The notes under the pieces are model-generated. The model was not told the origin of the DNA. It searched no databases and was given only the letters and a program-made list of their open reading frames with translations. DNA of 53,930 nucleotides from Treponema sp. (GTDB lineage: Bacteria; Spirochaetota; Spirochaetia; Treponematales; Breznakiellaceae): contig JAITHD010000199.1 in the NCBI GenBank assembly GCA_031280155.1, forward strand, positions 1 to 53,930. The letters are read 5' to 3'. Positions 36,912 through 46,974 of the stretch are shown here, piece after piece; position 1 is the first letter of the stretch, and every line of letters starts with the position of its first letter. The translations under genes were made by a program, and so were the position numbers.

Positions 36912-37623
36912 GTATACAGTATCAATACTGATAGTGATTTTCAGCTTGAGAATTATACCGCTCTTTGCTGTGGAGGGGGATTTTCAGCCTTCCGCTTTTG
37001 TTAATGCTTTGCTTAATAATCAGTATTTGCTTGAAAGCGTCAGGCTTACGAAACTGGCTGAAGAGTGTTACGCTCAAGGAGAGTACGATCAGGCAATCAA
37101 ATATGCGGAAGAGGCTATGAAGTATGCTGACTGGTCGGATATCTATGTAACCTTACAGATGAAGATCAAAAGCGCTAACGACGCGATTGCCGCAGCTCAG
37201 ACTCGTCTTGACTGGGCTGCCGAAGTAGGTGCGCCTAAGCGGTATGCTGTGGAGTATGAAAATGCTCAGGTCATCTTTGAGGATGCGCTGATTGCTCGTT
37301 CTGATGAAGAATGGGACCCAGCCCGGGAAAACGCGCTTAAGGTTCTTGAGATATTAGCGATAGTAGAGGAGATTCCAACGCTTCCAGCCCAATACTTGGT
37401 CAAGACCTGGAATCCCATGAAAGATTGTTTATGGAATATTGCGGGTAAACCTCAGATTTACGGGGATCCTTCAAAATGGCGATTTATCTATGATGCGAAC
37501 AAGGAGAAATTGTCCAAACCTGATAATCCTAATCTTATCCATCCAGGTATGATTTTGGAAATCCCCAGTATCAATGGTGAAATCCGGGCTGGTTTATGGG
37601 AGGAAGACGACTCTGTTTTATAG
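36898..37623 (+). CDS. LysM-domain protein with N-terminal signal/anchor, one TPR-like helix pair and one copy of the upstream repeat module
   Basis: 241 aa. The ATG lies 14 nt inside the end of the upstream ORF and is preceded by GGAGGGGG. The hydrophobic N-terminus is YTVSILIVIFSLRIIPLFA. The C-terminal LysM is YLVKTWNPMKDCLWNIAGKPQIYGDPSKWRFIYDANKEKL..PNLIHPGMILEIP. Confidence 0.85.
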   Translation: MSRGKYTVSILIVIFSLRIIPLFAVEGDFQPSAFVNALLNNQYLLESVRLTKLAEECYAQGEYDQAIKYAEEAMKYADWSDIYVTLQMKIKSANDAIAAAQTRLDWAAEVGAPKRYAVEYENAQVIFEDALIARSDEEWDPARENALKVLEILAIVEEIPTLPAQYLVKTWNPMKDCLWNIAGKPQIYGDPSKWRFIYDANKEKLSKPDNPNLIHPGMILEIPSINGEIRAGLWEEDDSVL

Positions 37624-37633
37624 CGGGATTAGG

Positions 37634-37688
37634 ATATACAAGGATTTCAGGAGATTCCAGCGTTTCCGATAAGCCTTGTATATTTTTC
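37634..37688 (+). terminator. Possible terminator after the LysM gene
   Basis: 10-bp stem ATATACAAGG (37634-37643) / CCTTGTATAT (37674-37683) followed by TTTTC. The 30-nt loop makes it atypical. Confidence 0.4.
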
Positions 37689-37718
37689 AACTATTAAAAA
37701 AAATAAAAATTAAAAAAA

Positions 37719-38627
37719 ATGGAAGATATAAAAAATTATCGTATTCTGATCATTGATGATGAAAAAATCAATCTTATGATTTTGAATACTATACTGGCTC
37801 CTGATTATACGATCTTTATTACTAAGTCTGGGCGGGAAGGATTATATTTGGCTATGACCAATAAACCAGACCTTATCCTGCTGGATATTATTATGCCTGA
37901 AATGGACGGTTTTCAGGTTCTTAAAGCCTTAAAAACCTCGGAAAATACTCGGCATATTCCGGTAATCGTTATTACCAGTCTTGATAATGAAAAAGACGAA
38001 GAAAAGGGACTTATTCTTGGGGCAGTTGATTACATTAGGAAACCATTAAAAAATATCATTGTAAAAGCCAGAGTGAAGACCCATATCCAGATTATTCAGC
38101 AAATCCGTATTAGTGAACGACTGAGTATGCTTGACGGTCTTACAAATATTCCAAATCGGCGTTGTTTCAATGAACGTATTAGTATGGAGTGGGGGCGTTC
38201 TCTGCGGGATAAGAAGCCTCTTTCATTTATCATGCTGGATATTGATAACTTCAAGGGTTATAACGACACGTATGGACATCCTCAAGGGGATGCGTTACTA
38301 CGGACTGTTGCACAGATATTCGCTGCTATAGCTTTGCGATCTACGGACTTTGCCGCCCGTCTTGGAGGCGAAGAGTTCGGCGTCCTTCTGCCGGATACGG
38401 ACCTGAACGCGGCGGTACAGATCGCTGAAAATATCCGTATCGCTGTGGAAACTACGCCTATTCCCACGGTCGAGGGAAAAATCACGGCCGCCACTGTCAG
38501 CGCCGGGGTTATATCAACAATTCCCTCTCAGTCGATAAGCATAGAAGAGTTTATTACGATTGGGGATAAAAATTTGTACATCGCTAAAAAAAGGGGGAAA
38601 AATCAAGTCCGCTTCATTGCGCTTTAA
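37719..38627 (+). CDS. Response regulator receiver fused to a GGDEF diguanylate cyclase (PleD/WspR-like)
   Basis: 302 aa. REC domain: ILIIDDEKIN...DLILLDIIMPEMDGF...PVIVITS. GGDEF domain: active-site RLGGEEFGVLL with an RxxD I-site (RSTD) exactly 5 residues upstream. Confidence 0.93.
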   Translation: MEDIKNYRILIIDDEKINLMILNTILAPDYTIFITKSGREGLYLAMTNKPDLILLDIIMPEMDGFQVLKALKTSENTRHIPVIVITSLDNEKDEEKGLILGAVDYIRKPLKNIIVKARVKTHIQIIQQIRISERLSMLDGLTNIPNRRCFNERISMEWGRSLRDKKPLSFIMLDIDNFKGYNDTYGHPQGDALLRTVAQIFAAIALRSTDFAARLGGEEFGVLLPDTDLNAAVQIAENIRIAVETTPIPTVEGKITAATVSAGVISTIPSQSISIEEFITIGDKNLYIAKKRGKNQVRFIAL

Positions 38628-39659
38628 TCACTGATACATGATAATATATGGGCGCGGATTGAGTTCATAAACTTGCTTGGGAGTGAGCAGGGGATTATCA
38701 TACCCCGCGCCGGGTATGCCGAAATTATAGAAGAGCTTAAACCCTTTAATCGGCATATTAGTAGCCTGGGCATTGACCGCATAGGAATCCCGTTTAAGGT
38801 GAGGCGCACCGAATCCGTCGGCGCAGTGTACCAGCCGTACCCGCGTAAAATTCGCCCTAACCCGTTCCCGATTTCTGATCATGTGGATATTAAATTGATG
38901 AATAACGAGCAGTCGTTCTCCCGGAATCTTATTTGCAATTATGTAATCTTCCATAGCTTTTTGGGCTTGGTTGATCTCATCTGCTGTTACGGATCCGATT
39001 TCTTTCATAGGTTTTGTGGTGCGCCATTCAGGGTCTAAGGCAAGATGGACATTAGGATATTTTAAATAAGGAAACATTCTTTTAATAGCGTCTAAGGGAT
39101 GATACTTTCCTATCTGATGGTCAATAAATACCAACATATTGTGTTTTAAGGCATAATCTATATATCTGAGCAACAAGGCTTCATTAATAATGCCGATTTC
39201 CCCTGCGGGCCAGACCGTTCCGTATATAATATAGAAAGCCTTTCGTATTCCTCTGCCTCCGCTTACCGCCCGATACTCTGCCGCCAATTTGGTCAACTGA
39301 GCATCAAGCTCTTCCATAGAATACCTGCCTAAAATACCCATGTTCCGAGAATTTGGATGCCCATAATAGGCAAGAATATCATCATTAAGAAGAATAGACT
39401 GCGCTACAAGCTGGCTTTCCTCTTCAGGATAAACCCAATTGGGTTTAGACGCGTCTTGATTTATAACGGATTTTACCGTATCCATAAAATAAATAGAAGG
39501 AAAAAGCGGCGCACCTCCAAGACTTACCGGTTCAGCCCCAACCGGCGGCAATGATAAAACCGGAACTTCCTGTGCATTAATCAAAAAAGGAAACCCAAAA
39601 CATAGAAGGTAAAACATCACAAGCCGCAATTTTTTCAAAAAATCTCTAGCCCGTATCAT
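38628..39659 (-). CDS. Secreted hypothetical protein (no family recognised; possibly a glycoside-hydrolase-like fold)
   Basis: I prefer the ATG at 39659 (MIRARDFLKKLRLVMFYLLCFGFPFLINA-QE signal peptide). The track ORF start at 39887 would overlap the lon 3' end by 137 nt. Conserved-looking segments are YYGHPNSRNMGILG, FIDHQIG, ALDPEW and VIHQF. Confidence 0.65.
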   Translation of the reverse strand: MIRARDFLKKLRLVMFYLLCFGFPFLINAQEVPVLSLPPVGAEPVSLGGAPLFPSIYFMDTVKSVINQDASKPNWVYPEEESQLVAQSILLNDDILAYYGHPNSRNMGILGRYSMEELDAQLTKLAAEYRAVSGGRGIRKAFYIIYGTVWPAGEIGIINEALLLRYIDYALKHNMLVFIDHQIGKYHPLDAIKRMFPYLKYPNVHLALDPEWRTTKPMKEIGSVTADEINQAQKAMEDYIIANKIPGERLLVIHQFNIHMIRNRERVRANFTRVRLVHCADGFGAPHLKRDSYAVNAQATNMPIKGFKLFYNFGIPGAGYDNPLLTPKQVYELNPRPYIIMYQ

Positions 39660-39750
39660 CTTTAAATTATCGGTAAAAATAAAAAAAACTTTAGAAGAAA
39701 AAACAGCTTTTTTCTCTTTTTCCCGGCTCTCTTGGGGATAGCCTGAGCCG

Positions 39751-42225
39751 TCACATTTTTCTGCCGCTTTCATTGCTTGTTTCCCCAGAATTTTCCGGTT
39801 TTTTATGGCGGCGGAACCGTCTGCCCTGCTGTTCCGGAGATTTCTGACTATCCACGTCGAACAACAGGCTGAACGCATCCACCGCATTTTCTACAAAGGC
39901 GACCTCAATAGCCGACGTAATATCCACTTCCAGTTCAGCCCAATCGTCTTTATTATCCAACGGAATGAGAACCTGTTTCATGCCGTTTCGTATAGCCGCA
40001 AGAACCTTTTCCTTGAGCCCCCCAATGGGAAGAATCCTGCCGGTAAGCGTGAGTTCTCCGGTTATGGCAATCCCCGGCTTCGGCGGCTTTTGACAGAGAC
40101 TAGAGAGAAGAGATGCCGCTAAAGCGACCCCTGCGGAAGGTCCATCCTTGGGAATAGCCCCTTCAGGAATATGAATATGAAAATCAGTCTTTCCAACGTC
40201 CTGTACCAGAAAATTGTACTGTTCCTGTATGCTTCTCAGATAAGACACCCCAATCTGAGCGCTTTCCTTCATAACGTCCCCCAGATTGCCTGTGAGGGTA
40301 ACTTCTCCGGAGCCGTCGAATCTGACGGTTTCTATAGGCAGCACAGTTCCGCCGGTCGATGTCCAGGCAAGCCCGTAAGAAATACCGATTTGGGCTTCCT
40401 TGAATACCACATCCTCCTTATATTTCCGCCGCCCCATCAGCTTTTCCACATCTTCCCGATCAACCAGCTTCTGGAACGATCCAATCGGTTTTTCCGGGTC
40501 TTTGCCGTATTCCTGATTCACCGCTTCTTGTGCAATCCGCCGAATACATCGGGCGATTTCCCGTTCCAAGCTCCGTACGCCGGATTCCATAGTCCAGTAT
40601 TGAATAATGTCCTGAACCGCTTCGTCTTTAAACGTAATGTCCGCTTGTCCTAAGCCGTTTTCTGACAGCTCTTTAGGTATGAGAAAATGCTGGGCGATAG
40701 CCAGCTTTTCGTTATCCCCGTATCCGGGAATTTCGATGATTTCCATTCGATCCAGCAAGGGATACGGGATAGTATGGAGTGAATTGGCAGTTGCGATAAA
40801 CAGTACCTGAGAAAGATCATAGGGAACTTCCATGTAGTGATCCATGAAGTTGCTGTTCTGTTCAGGATCAAGCACTTCAAGAAGCGCCGCCGCCGGATCT
40901 CCCCGAACATCATTGACGGCGATTTTATCAATTTCGTCCAGCAGAAAAACTGGATTAATCGTTCCGGCTCGACTCATATACTGGATGATCTTTCCTGGGA
41001 GAGCGCCGACGTAGGTTTTCCTATGCCCTCGGATTTCCGCCTCGTCCCGAACTCCCCCCAGGGAAAACCGCACAAACCGCCGTCCCAACGCTCTGGCTAC
41101 GGATTTGCCGAGACTCGTTTTGCCTGTTCCCGGAGAGCCTACAAAACAGAGAATAGAACCCTTGATGCCGGCTTGCTCATTTTCCAAAGATAACAGTTTA
41201 CGGACCGCGATAAATTCAAGGATCCGTTCTTTTGCCTTCCGCATATTGAAGTGATCTTCGTTTAATATCCGCTCCGCTTCAGCGAGATCTCCTGAATCAG
41301 CGGTGAATTCATTCCATGGAAGGTCTAATATCCATTCTAAATACACCCTGAGAATTCCCGCTTCCGGGGTAAAGGGGTGGAGCTTCTGTAACCGAACCAG
41401 TTCTTTTCGCGCTTTAAAAAGCGCTTCTCCTCGGGGTTTTTTCGCTTCAATTTTTTGTTCCAGTTCCGTGAAATCTTCAGTCCGCTCGTCTTTGCCGAGT
41501 TCCCGATTGATTTCCTTGAGCTGCTCATTGAGAATATATTCGCGGTTGCTTTTTTCTATGCGGTTTTTTACTTTGCCTCGGATATTTTGCTGAACGCTGA
41601 AGACCTCGTTTTCAAGCTCTAATATTTCAAGTATTAATTGCAGCCGCGCTACTGGATCGTCACTAGTGAGGATTTCGATTTTCTGTTCCGGTTTAATCTG
41701 CAAGGCGTGAGCGCTTAAATTCGCGAGAGTTTCTAAACTTTCGGTTTTTTCTATTAAAACCAGTAATTCGGTACTGACTTTTTTGGTACAGTCCGCATAT
41801 TGGGCTAACGCGCTTTGAACCGCCCGCATGAGGGCTATTGCTTCAGAATTGAGGGGAGTATTGGAAACCGGCTTAATCGGATCGATTCGGACCATAGAAA
41901 CTTCCTCTGCCTTAGCCGACGAAGCGATAAGTCCCCGGTATTCGCCGTGCAGCACCACCCGAAACGTATTATCCGGCATCTTTAAGTGCTGGGTGATCCG
42001 AACTACACTGCCCGCTTCATAGGTTTCATCAACGCTTTTGAACTTCAAACAAGCGGCGAATAAACGTTTATCTCGTTTCAAGGCTTCGTCAATCGCCCGC
42101 ATCCCCTCTTTGTAGGTAACAAACACGGATAACGTTATATTGGGAAACAGCACTAATTCCCGTAACGGCAGCAGAGGCAATTCCTCAATCGGGGGTTTTC
42201 CTTTAAGCGACGAAAGGAATTTCAT
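39751..42225 (-). CDS. lon: ATP-dependent protease Lon
   Basis: 824 aa. It has the LON N-domain, Walker [14 protein letters not shown], Walker [10 protein letters not shown] and the protease active site [12 protein letters not shown]. Confidence 0.97.
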   Translation of the reverse strand: MKFLSSLKGKPPIEELPLLPLRELVLFPNITLSVFVTYKEGMRAIDEALKRDKRLFAACLKFKSVDETYEAGSVVRITQHLKMPDNTFRVVLHGEYRGLIASSAKAEEVSMVRIDPIKPVSNTPLNSEAIALMRAVQSALAQYADCTKKVSTELLVLIEKTESLETLANLSAHALQIKPEQKIEILTSDDPVARLQLILEILELENEVFSVQQNIRGKVKNRIEKSNREYILNEQLKEINRELGKDERTEDFTELEQKIEAKKPRGEALFKARKELVRLQKLHPFTPEAGILRVYLEWILDLPWNEFTADSGDLAEAERILNEDHFNMRKAKERILEFIAVRKLLSLENEQAGIKGSILCFVGSPGTGKTSLGKSVARALGRRFVRFSLGGVRDEAEIRGHRKTYVGALPGKIIQYMSRAGTINPVFLLDEIDKIAVNDVRGDPAAALLEVLDPEQNSNFMDHYMEVPYDLSQVLFIATANSLHTIPYPLLDRMEIIEIPGYGDNEKLAIAQHFLIPKELSENGLGQADITFKDEAVQDIIQYWTMESGVRSLEREIARCIRRIAQEAVNQEYGKDPEKPIGSFQKLVDREDVEKLMGRRKYKEDVVFKEAQIGISYGLAWTSTGGTVLPIETVRFDGSGEVTLTGNLGDVMKESAQIGVSYLRSIQEQYNFLVQDVGKTDFHIHIPEGAIPKDGPSAGVALAASLLSSLCQKPPKPGIAITGELTLTGRILPIGGLKEKVLAAIRNGMKQVLIPLDNKDDWAELEVDITSAIEVAFVENAVDAFSLLFDVDSQKSPEQQGRRFRRHKKPENSGETSNESGRKM

Positions 42226-43472
42226 GCGCTTATTTGAAGCGGTTCTATTTCAGGAGGTTCCGCACGTTCCACCACTTCCTGAGTAATGACGACCCGTTTG
42301 CTTCCTTCCATAGAGGGAATCTCAAACATGATATCCGTCATTAGTTTTTCTACAATCGCCCGCAAGCCTCGGGCCCCGGTTTTCTGTTTAATCGCGGTAT
42401 CCGCAATCGCGTTAATGGCTCCTTCGGTAAATTCAAGTTTAACGTCGTCAATAGCCATAGACGCTTGATACTGTTTAACAATGGCGTTCCTCGGTTCAGT
42501 AATAATCCGCCGAAGATCCTCTTGTTTCAGTTCTTCAAGACTTACCGTAATAGGAAGACGTCCGATAAATTCAGGAATCATCCCGAAATGAATGAGATCG
42601 TCTGGGTGGAGCGCATCGTAAAGGACTTTGAGATTGGCGCTGGTTTTTTCTTTTACATCAGAGCCGAAACCCATCGGGTGCTGAACGACTCGGCGTTCAA
42701 TGAATTTATCAAGCCCTACAAAAGCGCCGCCGCAGATAAAAAGAATATCCGTCGTATCAATTTTGAGTACCTCTTGATTGGGATGCTTGCGCCCCCCTTG
42801 AGGAGGAACCGACGCAACAGTACCTTCGATGATCTTGAGCAGAGCCTGCTGAACCCCTTCGCCGGACACGTCCCGCGTAATAGAAACATTCTCGCCTTTC
42901 CGGGCGATCTTGTCGATTTCATCAATGTACACAATGCCCCGTTCAGCGGCGGAAATATTTCCATTAGCGCTCTGGATAAGTTTAAGGAGGATATTCTCTA
43001 CGTCTTCTCCCACATAACCGGCTTCGGTTAAGGTTGTCGCGTCAACAATGGCGAAAGGCACCCTGAGCTTCTTTGCCAAGGTTTTCGCCAGCAGAGTTTT
43101 TCCTGTTCCTGTGGGACCGATGAGGAGTACGTTGGATTTTTCGATTTCCACCGCTTCCGAGTCATTCATGGGATTTGTAACCCGCTTATAATGATTATAC
43201 ACCGCTACCGAAAGCGCTCTTTTTGCGTTTTCTTGACCTATGATAAACATATCAAGATAGGACTTAATATCTTTAGGGGTTGGAATCGTGTTATTAAACT
43301 GACCTAAAGGATCGTGATCCTCTTCGGCTAGAATCTTGCGGCATACGTCCACACATTCGTCGCAAATAAATACATCATTTGGTCCCGCAATGAGCCGCCG
43401 AGCCATCTCAGCGCTTTTCCCGCAAAACGAACAGGACCGCTCAAATCCGCTGCCGTTACGAAGCCTTGCCAT
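42222..43472 (-). CDS. clpX: ATP-dependent Clp protease ATP-binding subunit ClpX
   Basis: 416 aa. N-terminal zinc ribbon is CSFCGK...CDECV. Walker A is [15 protein letters not shown]. Also [10 protein letters not shown] and the pore loop GYVGEDV. Confidence 0.97.
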   Translation of the reverse strand: MARLRNGSGFERSCSFCGKSAEMARRLIAGPNDVFICDECVDVCRKILAEEDHDPLGQFNNTIPTPKDIKSYLDMFIIGQENAKRALSVAVYNHYKRVTNPMNDSEAVEIEKSNVLLIGPTGTGKTLLAKTLAKKLRVPFAIVDATTLTEAGYVGEDVENILLKLIQSANGNISAAERGIVYIDEIDKIARKGENVSITRDVSGEGVQQALLKIIEGTVASVPPQGGRKHPNQEVLKIDTTDILFICGGAFVGLDKFIERRVVQHPMGFGSDVKEKTSANLKVLYDALHPDDLIHFGMIPEFIGRLPITVSLEELKQEDLRRIITEPRNAIVKQYQASMAIDDVKLEFTEGAINAIADTAIKQKTGARGLRAIVEKLMTDIMFEIPSMEGSKRVVITQEVVERAEPPEIEPLQISA

Positions 43473-44070
43473 ATTTCTCCCTTGTCAACACCGAATCCGC
43501 CACACCGTAAGCGACCGCGTCAGCAGCAGACATATAAAAATCTCGTTCCATATCGGCGGCTACCTGATCAGGGGTTTTGCCGGTATGTTTCGCAAAGTAA
43601 TCAATAAGCTGTTTTTTGAGCCTAATAATTTCTTTTGCCTGGATCCCAATATCCCGGGCTTGTCCCTGAGCGCCTCCCCAAGGCTGATGCATTAAGACCC
43701 GAGAGGAAGGCAGAACCATGCGCTTTCCCTGAGCGCCGGCGGTGAGGATCAAGGCTCCCATGCTGGCGGCTTGTCCAAGACAGATAGTCTGGACATCGCA
43801 CTTCACATACTGGATGGTATCGTAAATCGCCAGCCCGGCGGTAACGGAACCTCCTGGAGAATTGATATACAAGTTTATGTCTTTATCAGTATCCTGACCG
43901 TCTAAAAAGAGCAGTTGGGCTACCACCAGATCCGCGGTAAGATCGTTAATTTCCCCGTCTAAAAAAACTATCCTGTCTTTTAAGAGTCGAGAATAAATAT
44001 CATAAGACCGCTCCCCCATTCCGGTCTGTTCCACCACAATGGGAACAAGACTGTTCATTTTTTCATCCAT
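43456..44070 (-). CDS. clpP: ATP-dependent Clp protease proteolytic subunit ClpP
   Basis: 204 aa. Contains [31 protein letters not shown] (active-site Ser) and MHQP (active-site His). Confidence 0.97.
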   Translation of the reverse strand: MDEKMNSLVPIVVEQTGMGERSYDIYSRLLKDRIVFLDGEINDLTADLVVAQLLFLDGQDTDKDINLYINSPGGSVTAGLAIYDTIQYVKCDVQTICLGQAASMGALILTAGAQGKRMVLPSSRVLMHQPWGGAQGQARDIGIQAKEIIRLKKQLIDYFAKHTGKTPDQVAADMERDFYMSAADAVAYGVADSVLTREKYGKAS

Positions 44071-44078
44071 GAAATATC

Positions 44079-45449
44079 TTATCCATTATTTCCGATAAAT
44101 TCTAGGTAACGTTGTTTGTCACCCAGTTTGACGGTATTTTCCGCCAATAGCTGTTTATACGCTTTTTGTTCTTTGATTTCGTCTTCAAGATATTCCCGCA
44201 TCCCCTCTCGTTCATAGTAGGATCGAATCTCCTCAACAGGAGTGCCGCTGTTTTGGGCGTACTTCTCAATATGTTCCGCCGCTTCTTCTTCAGACACGGT
44301 AAGATTAAGTTCGCCCATAACAGCTTCAAGCACGAGTCTGCTGTGAATTGACGTAATCGTTTCGTTCCGCCAGGACCCGGTGGCTTTGGCTAAATCCCCG
44401 TCAGGCTCTTTCAGACTTTCCTTTAAATGGTCTAGGCTTACCCGCAGACGCTGGGCAAGATTTCGCAGGCGGGACTCAAACTGGAACTCAATCATTGATT
44501 CCGGCAAGTCTACCGGGGAGCGTTCCATGATAATTTCAATGATCTTGTTGATTTTGAGGGTCTGAAGCCGTTCCTCAAGGTCTTTGGTAAGGCGCTGTCG
44601 AATACTGGTTTTCAGATCTTCTAGGGTGTGATATTTGTCGTCAACATCCTGAGCGAAATCATCGTTAAGTTCAGGAAGTCTTTTTTCCTTGATCCCTGTA
44701 AGCGTTACCCGAATTTTCTTGGTCTGCCCCGCTAATTCTCGAATTTCAAAATCTTGAGGGTAGGATTTTTCGATATCTTTAGACTCGGTTTTCTTCATGC
44801 CCCGGATATCCTCGTCAAGTTTGAACAGATTATACCCTGAACCCAAAGTAAAGACAAAATCTTGGCGTTCAGTCTCAGGGATTACCGCTCCTGAGTCAGT
44901 TAGTTCAGCGTAATTGATGGCAACAACATCGCCGTCCTCTGCCGCCGCATCGTCGTCCTTGTCCGACACCAGGGCGTTCCGTTCCTGAATAACCCCTAAC
45001 TCTCGGCTTATTTCTTCGTCGCCGATACTGACGTCTGGAACCGTAACCTCAATGCCCTTCCATTGTCCCAGTTTAAGAATCGGCATTACGTCATAGACCA
45101 TAGTAAAAATTATATCTGCCTCTGCGCTGAACACCGGTTTCCGGTCAATCCGGGGCGGACAATATGGAAGAGGAAGATTTTCCCGAGGGAACTCATTGTC
45201 TTCAAAAACAGTATGCGTCGCCTCTTCGATAATACGGCTCAAGGCTTCTTCCCGCAGGGATTCTCCTAATTTCCGTTCCAGCAGTTCTTTGGGGACCCTG
45301 CCCTTACGGAACCCGGGAAGCTGAATACTCTTGACATACTCCCCCAGCATTTTGTCATACACGGCACAAACTTCATCCTTCGGCACTGTGAGCGTCAATG
45401 TTACTGCGGAATGTTCAAGCCGAGTTAATTCTTTAGATACGGTCACCAT
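44079..45449 (-). CDS. tig: Trigger factor
   Basis: 456 aa. The ribosome-binding signature is GFRKGRVP, with a central FKBP-type PPIase region. It sits upstream of clpP-clpX-lon. Confidence 0.95.
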   Translation of the reverse strand: MVTVSKELTRLEHSAVTLTLTVPKDEVCAVYDKMLGEYVKSIQLPGFRKGRVPKELLERKLGESLREEALSRIIEEATHTVFEDNEFPRENLPLPYCPPRIDRKPVFSAEADIIFTMVYDVMPILKLGQWKGIEVTVPDVSIGDEEISRELGVIQERNALVSDKDDDAAAEDGDVVAINYAELTDSGAVIPETERQDFVFTLGSGYNLFKLDEDIRGMKKTESKDIEKSYPQDFEIRELAGQTKKIRVTLTGIKEKRLPELNDDFAQDVDDKYHTLEDLKTSIRQRLTKDLEERLQTLKINKIIEIIMERSPVDLPESMIEFQFESRLRNLAQRLRVSLDHLKESLKEPDGDLAKATGSWRNETITSIHSRLVLEAVMGELNLTVSEEEAAEHIEKYAQNSGTPVEEIRSYYEREGMREYLEDEIKEQKAYKQLLAENTVKLGDKQRYLEFIGNNG

Positions 45450-45552
45450 TATCCTCTTTGTATAAGGTTATAGACATATATATGTTAGGAATACCGCCGC
45501 GCCGAATATCCGGCAGACTGTTTTTCCCATTATTTTAACGCATATAATATGG

Positions 45553-45581
45553 AAGATACCAGTTTATTTATATTTCGTCAA
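45553..45581 (-). promoter_or_regulatory. Candidate sigma-70 promoter for tig-clpP-clpX-lon
   Basis: The minus strand reads TTGACG (complement of 45576-45581), 17 nt, then TATCTT (complement of 45553-45558). It lies about 100 nt upstream of the tig ATG. Confidence 0.4.
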
Positions 45582-45754
45582 TAGGAAAACAGTATGACTC
45601 ATGTTTTTTTAAAAATACACCCCAATCCGCAGGACCTCTTCCAGTCCGACTGCTTTCAGAGAAAGTTTGAAACCTTACTAAAGCAGGAAATTATTGCCAA
45701 AACGCTAAGATTTTGGGATAAAATTCTAGGGTTTTAGATATATTGCCGGGGATT

Positions 45755-46891
45755 CTAGGAAAACTTTTGGCAGGGAAGCCGAATCCTAAACACCGAGCCT
45801 TCACCGGCGTGGCTTTCTGCCTCAACGCTTCCTCGGTGGACTAACGCGATATGCCGCACTATCGCAAGTCCTAAGCCCGACCCCCCTTGGGAACGGCTTC
45901 GGGCTGGATCGACTCGATAAAACCGCTCAAAAATCCGCTCCAAATGATTCGGAGGAATCCCTATGCCCTTATCTCGAACCTCGATAACCAGTTCTCCATC
46001 CTGTATGTCTGCAAACACCCCTATTTTTGACTGTTCATACGAATATTTGATCCCATTATCCAGCAGATTGATAAGACCTTGGACAATAAAAGGACCGTAC
46101 AGAACCGCTTTGAGCCGCTCTGGACAGGCAAGAGAAAAGGTTATCTGTTTTTGCCGAGCCGACGGTTCTACCGCGTCAAGGGCTTCCTGAAGCAGGGGAT
46201 ACACCGAGGTTTCCTTCATGGCTTGCGAAAAATCATCTCCTTCCTCAAGACTCACCAAAGTAAGCAGGTCTGACGTCAACTGTTCCATACGCTGGGCGTT
46301 TTTCAAGATTATCCCCAAGCCCCGGCGGATTTGGGGATAATCTTCCAAAGACGAATCCAGCAGGGTTTCCGCATAGCCTCGAACTAACTGAATCGGGGTA
46401 CGCAATTCATGGGAAACATTGGCGGCAAAATCTTTGCGTACCTGTTCAAGGTTATGCAGACGGGTATATTCAGTCAGCGCCAGCGCCAAGCCTTCCCTGA
46501 TTGAGTGAGGTTCACCGCCGCTGATCAAAGGCGCCGCCCGAACCCGCAGATACCGGGGGGTCTCGCCGGTGTAGAGCTGCAACTCCTGTTCTATCATTCG
46601 GTTTTCCCTCAAGGCTTGCCGGGCCAAGGCTTCAACTTCAGTTGACCTAAGCCCTTCAAGCAGGGAAAGGTCTTCTCTAGGAGGGTCAACCTCGAAGAGT
46701 TCCTGGGCTTTACGATTTACAGCCCAGATTCTCAAGTTTTTATCCACGATTACCACCCCTTCAGAGAGGGTATTCAAAACCGTCTCAAACCATCGGGATT
46801 CGGCAAAGGACGGTTCCGCCGCTGTCTGCTTTTGGGAGATTTCCGAGGGTCCGGAGTTTTTCTGAAACGGGACGTAAAAAGGAAATTTCAT
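45755..46891 (-). CDS. phoR: Cytoplasmic PAS-domain sensor histidine kinase, PhoR-like
   Basis: H-box FAANVSHELRTPI, N/G boxes LLDNGIKYS ... DKGIGIP ... GGSGLGLAIV, and a PAS segment VVIVDKNLRIWAVN. No TM segment is visible. I prefer the ATG at 46891 (MKFPF...) over the track TTG at 46903. Confidence 0.85.
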   Translation of the reverse strand: MKFPFYVPFQKNSGPSEISQKQTAAEPSFAESRWFETVLNTLSEGVVIVDKNLRIWAVNRKAQELFEVDPPREDLSLLEGLRSTEVEALARQALRENRMIEQELQLYTGETPRYLRVRAAPLISGGEPHSIREGLALALTEYTRLHNLEQVRKDFAANVSHELRTPIQLVRGYAETLLDSSLEDYPQIRRGLGIILKNAQRMEQLTSDLLTLVSLEEGDDFSQAMKETSVYPLLQEALDAVEPSARQKQITFSLACPERLKAVLYGPFIVQGLINLLDNGIKYSYEQSKIGVFADIQDGELVIEVRDKGIGIPPNHLERIFERFYRVDPARSRSQGGSGLGLAIVRHIALVHRGSVEAESHAGEGSVFRIRLPCQKFS

Positions 46892-46974
46892 ACAATGTCC
46901 CAACCATAGCTCATTTTTTGAATATACGCAAGTCAGGGTTTACGCCCCAGGTCCTATCGGTTATACTCAAAACC

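Noticed and set aside
39660-39887. N-terminal 76-codon extension of the 38628 ORF overlapping the lon 3' end
   Set aside because: The extension is Arg/Cys/Trp-rich, overlaps the lon coding sequence by 137 nt and precedes a perfect signal peptide that begins at the internal ATG (39659).
45466-45495. dif-like sequence TTCCTAACATATATATGTCTATAACC (minus strand) in the tig leader, considered because two Xer recombinases are in the window
   Set aside because: Only the left arm and the AT-rich centre resemble the Firmicute dif (TTCCTAGAATATATATTATGTAAACT). The XerD arm (TTATGT.AA.T) is not matched (about 6/11). Nothing suggests a terminus location. It is more likely a simple ACATATATATGT palindrome.
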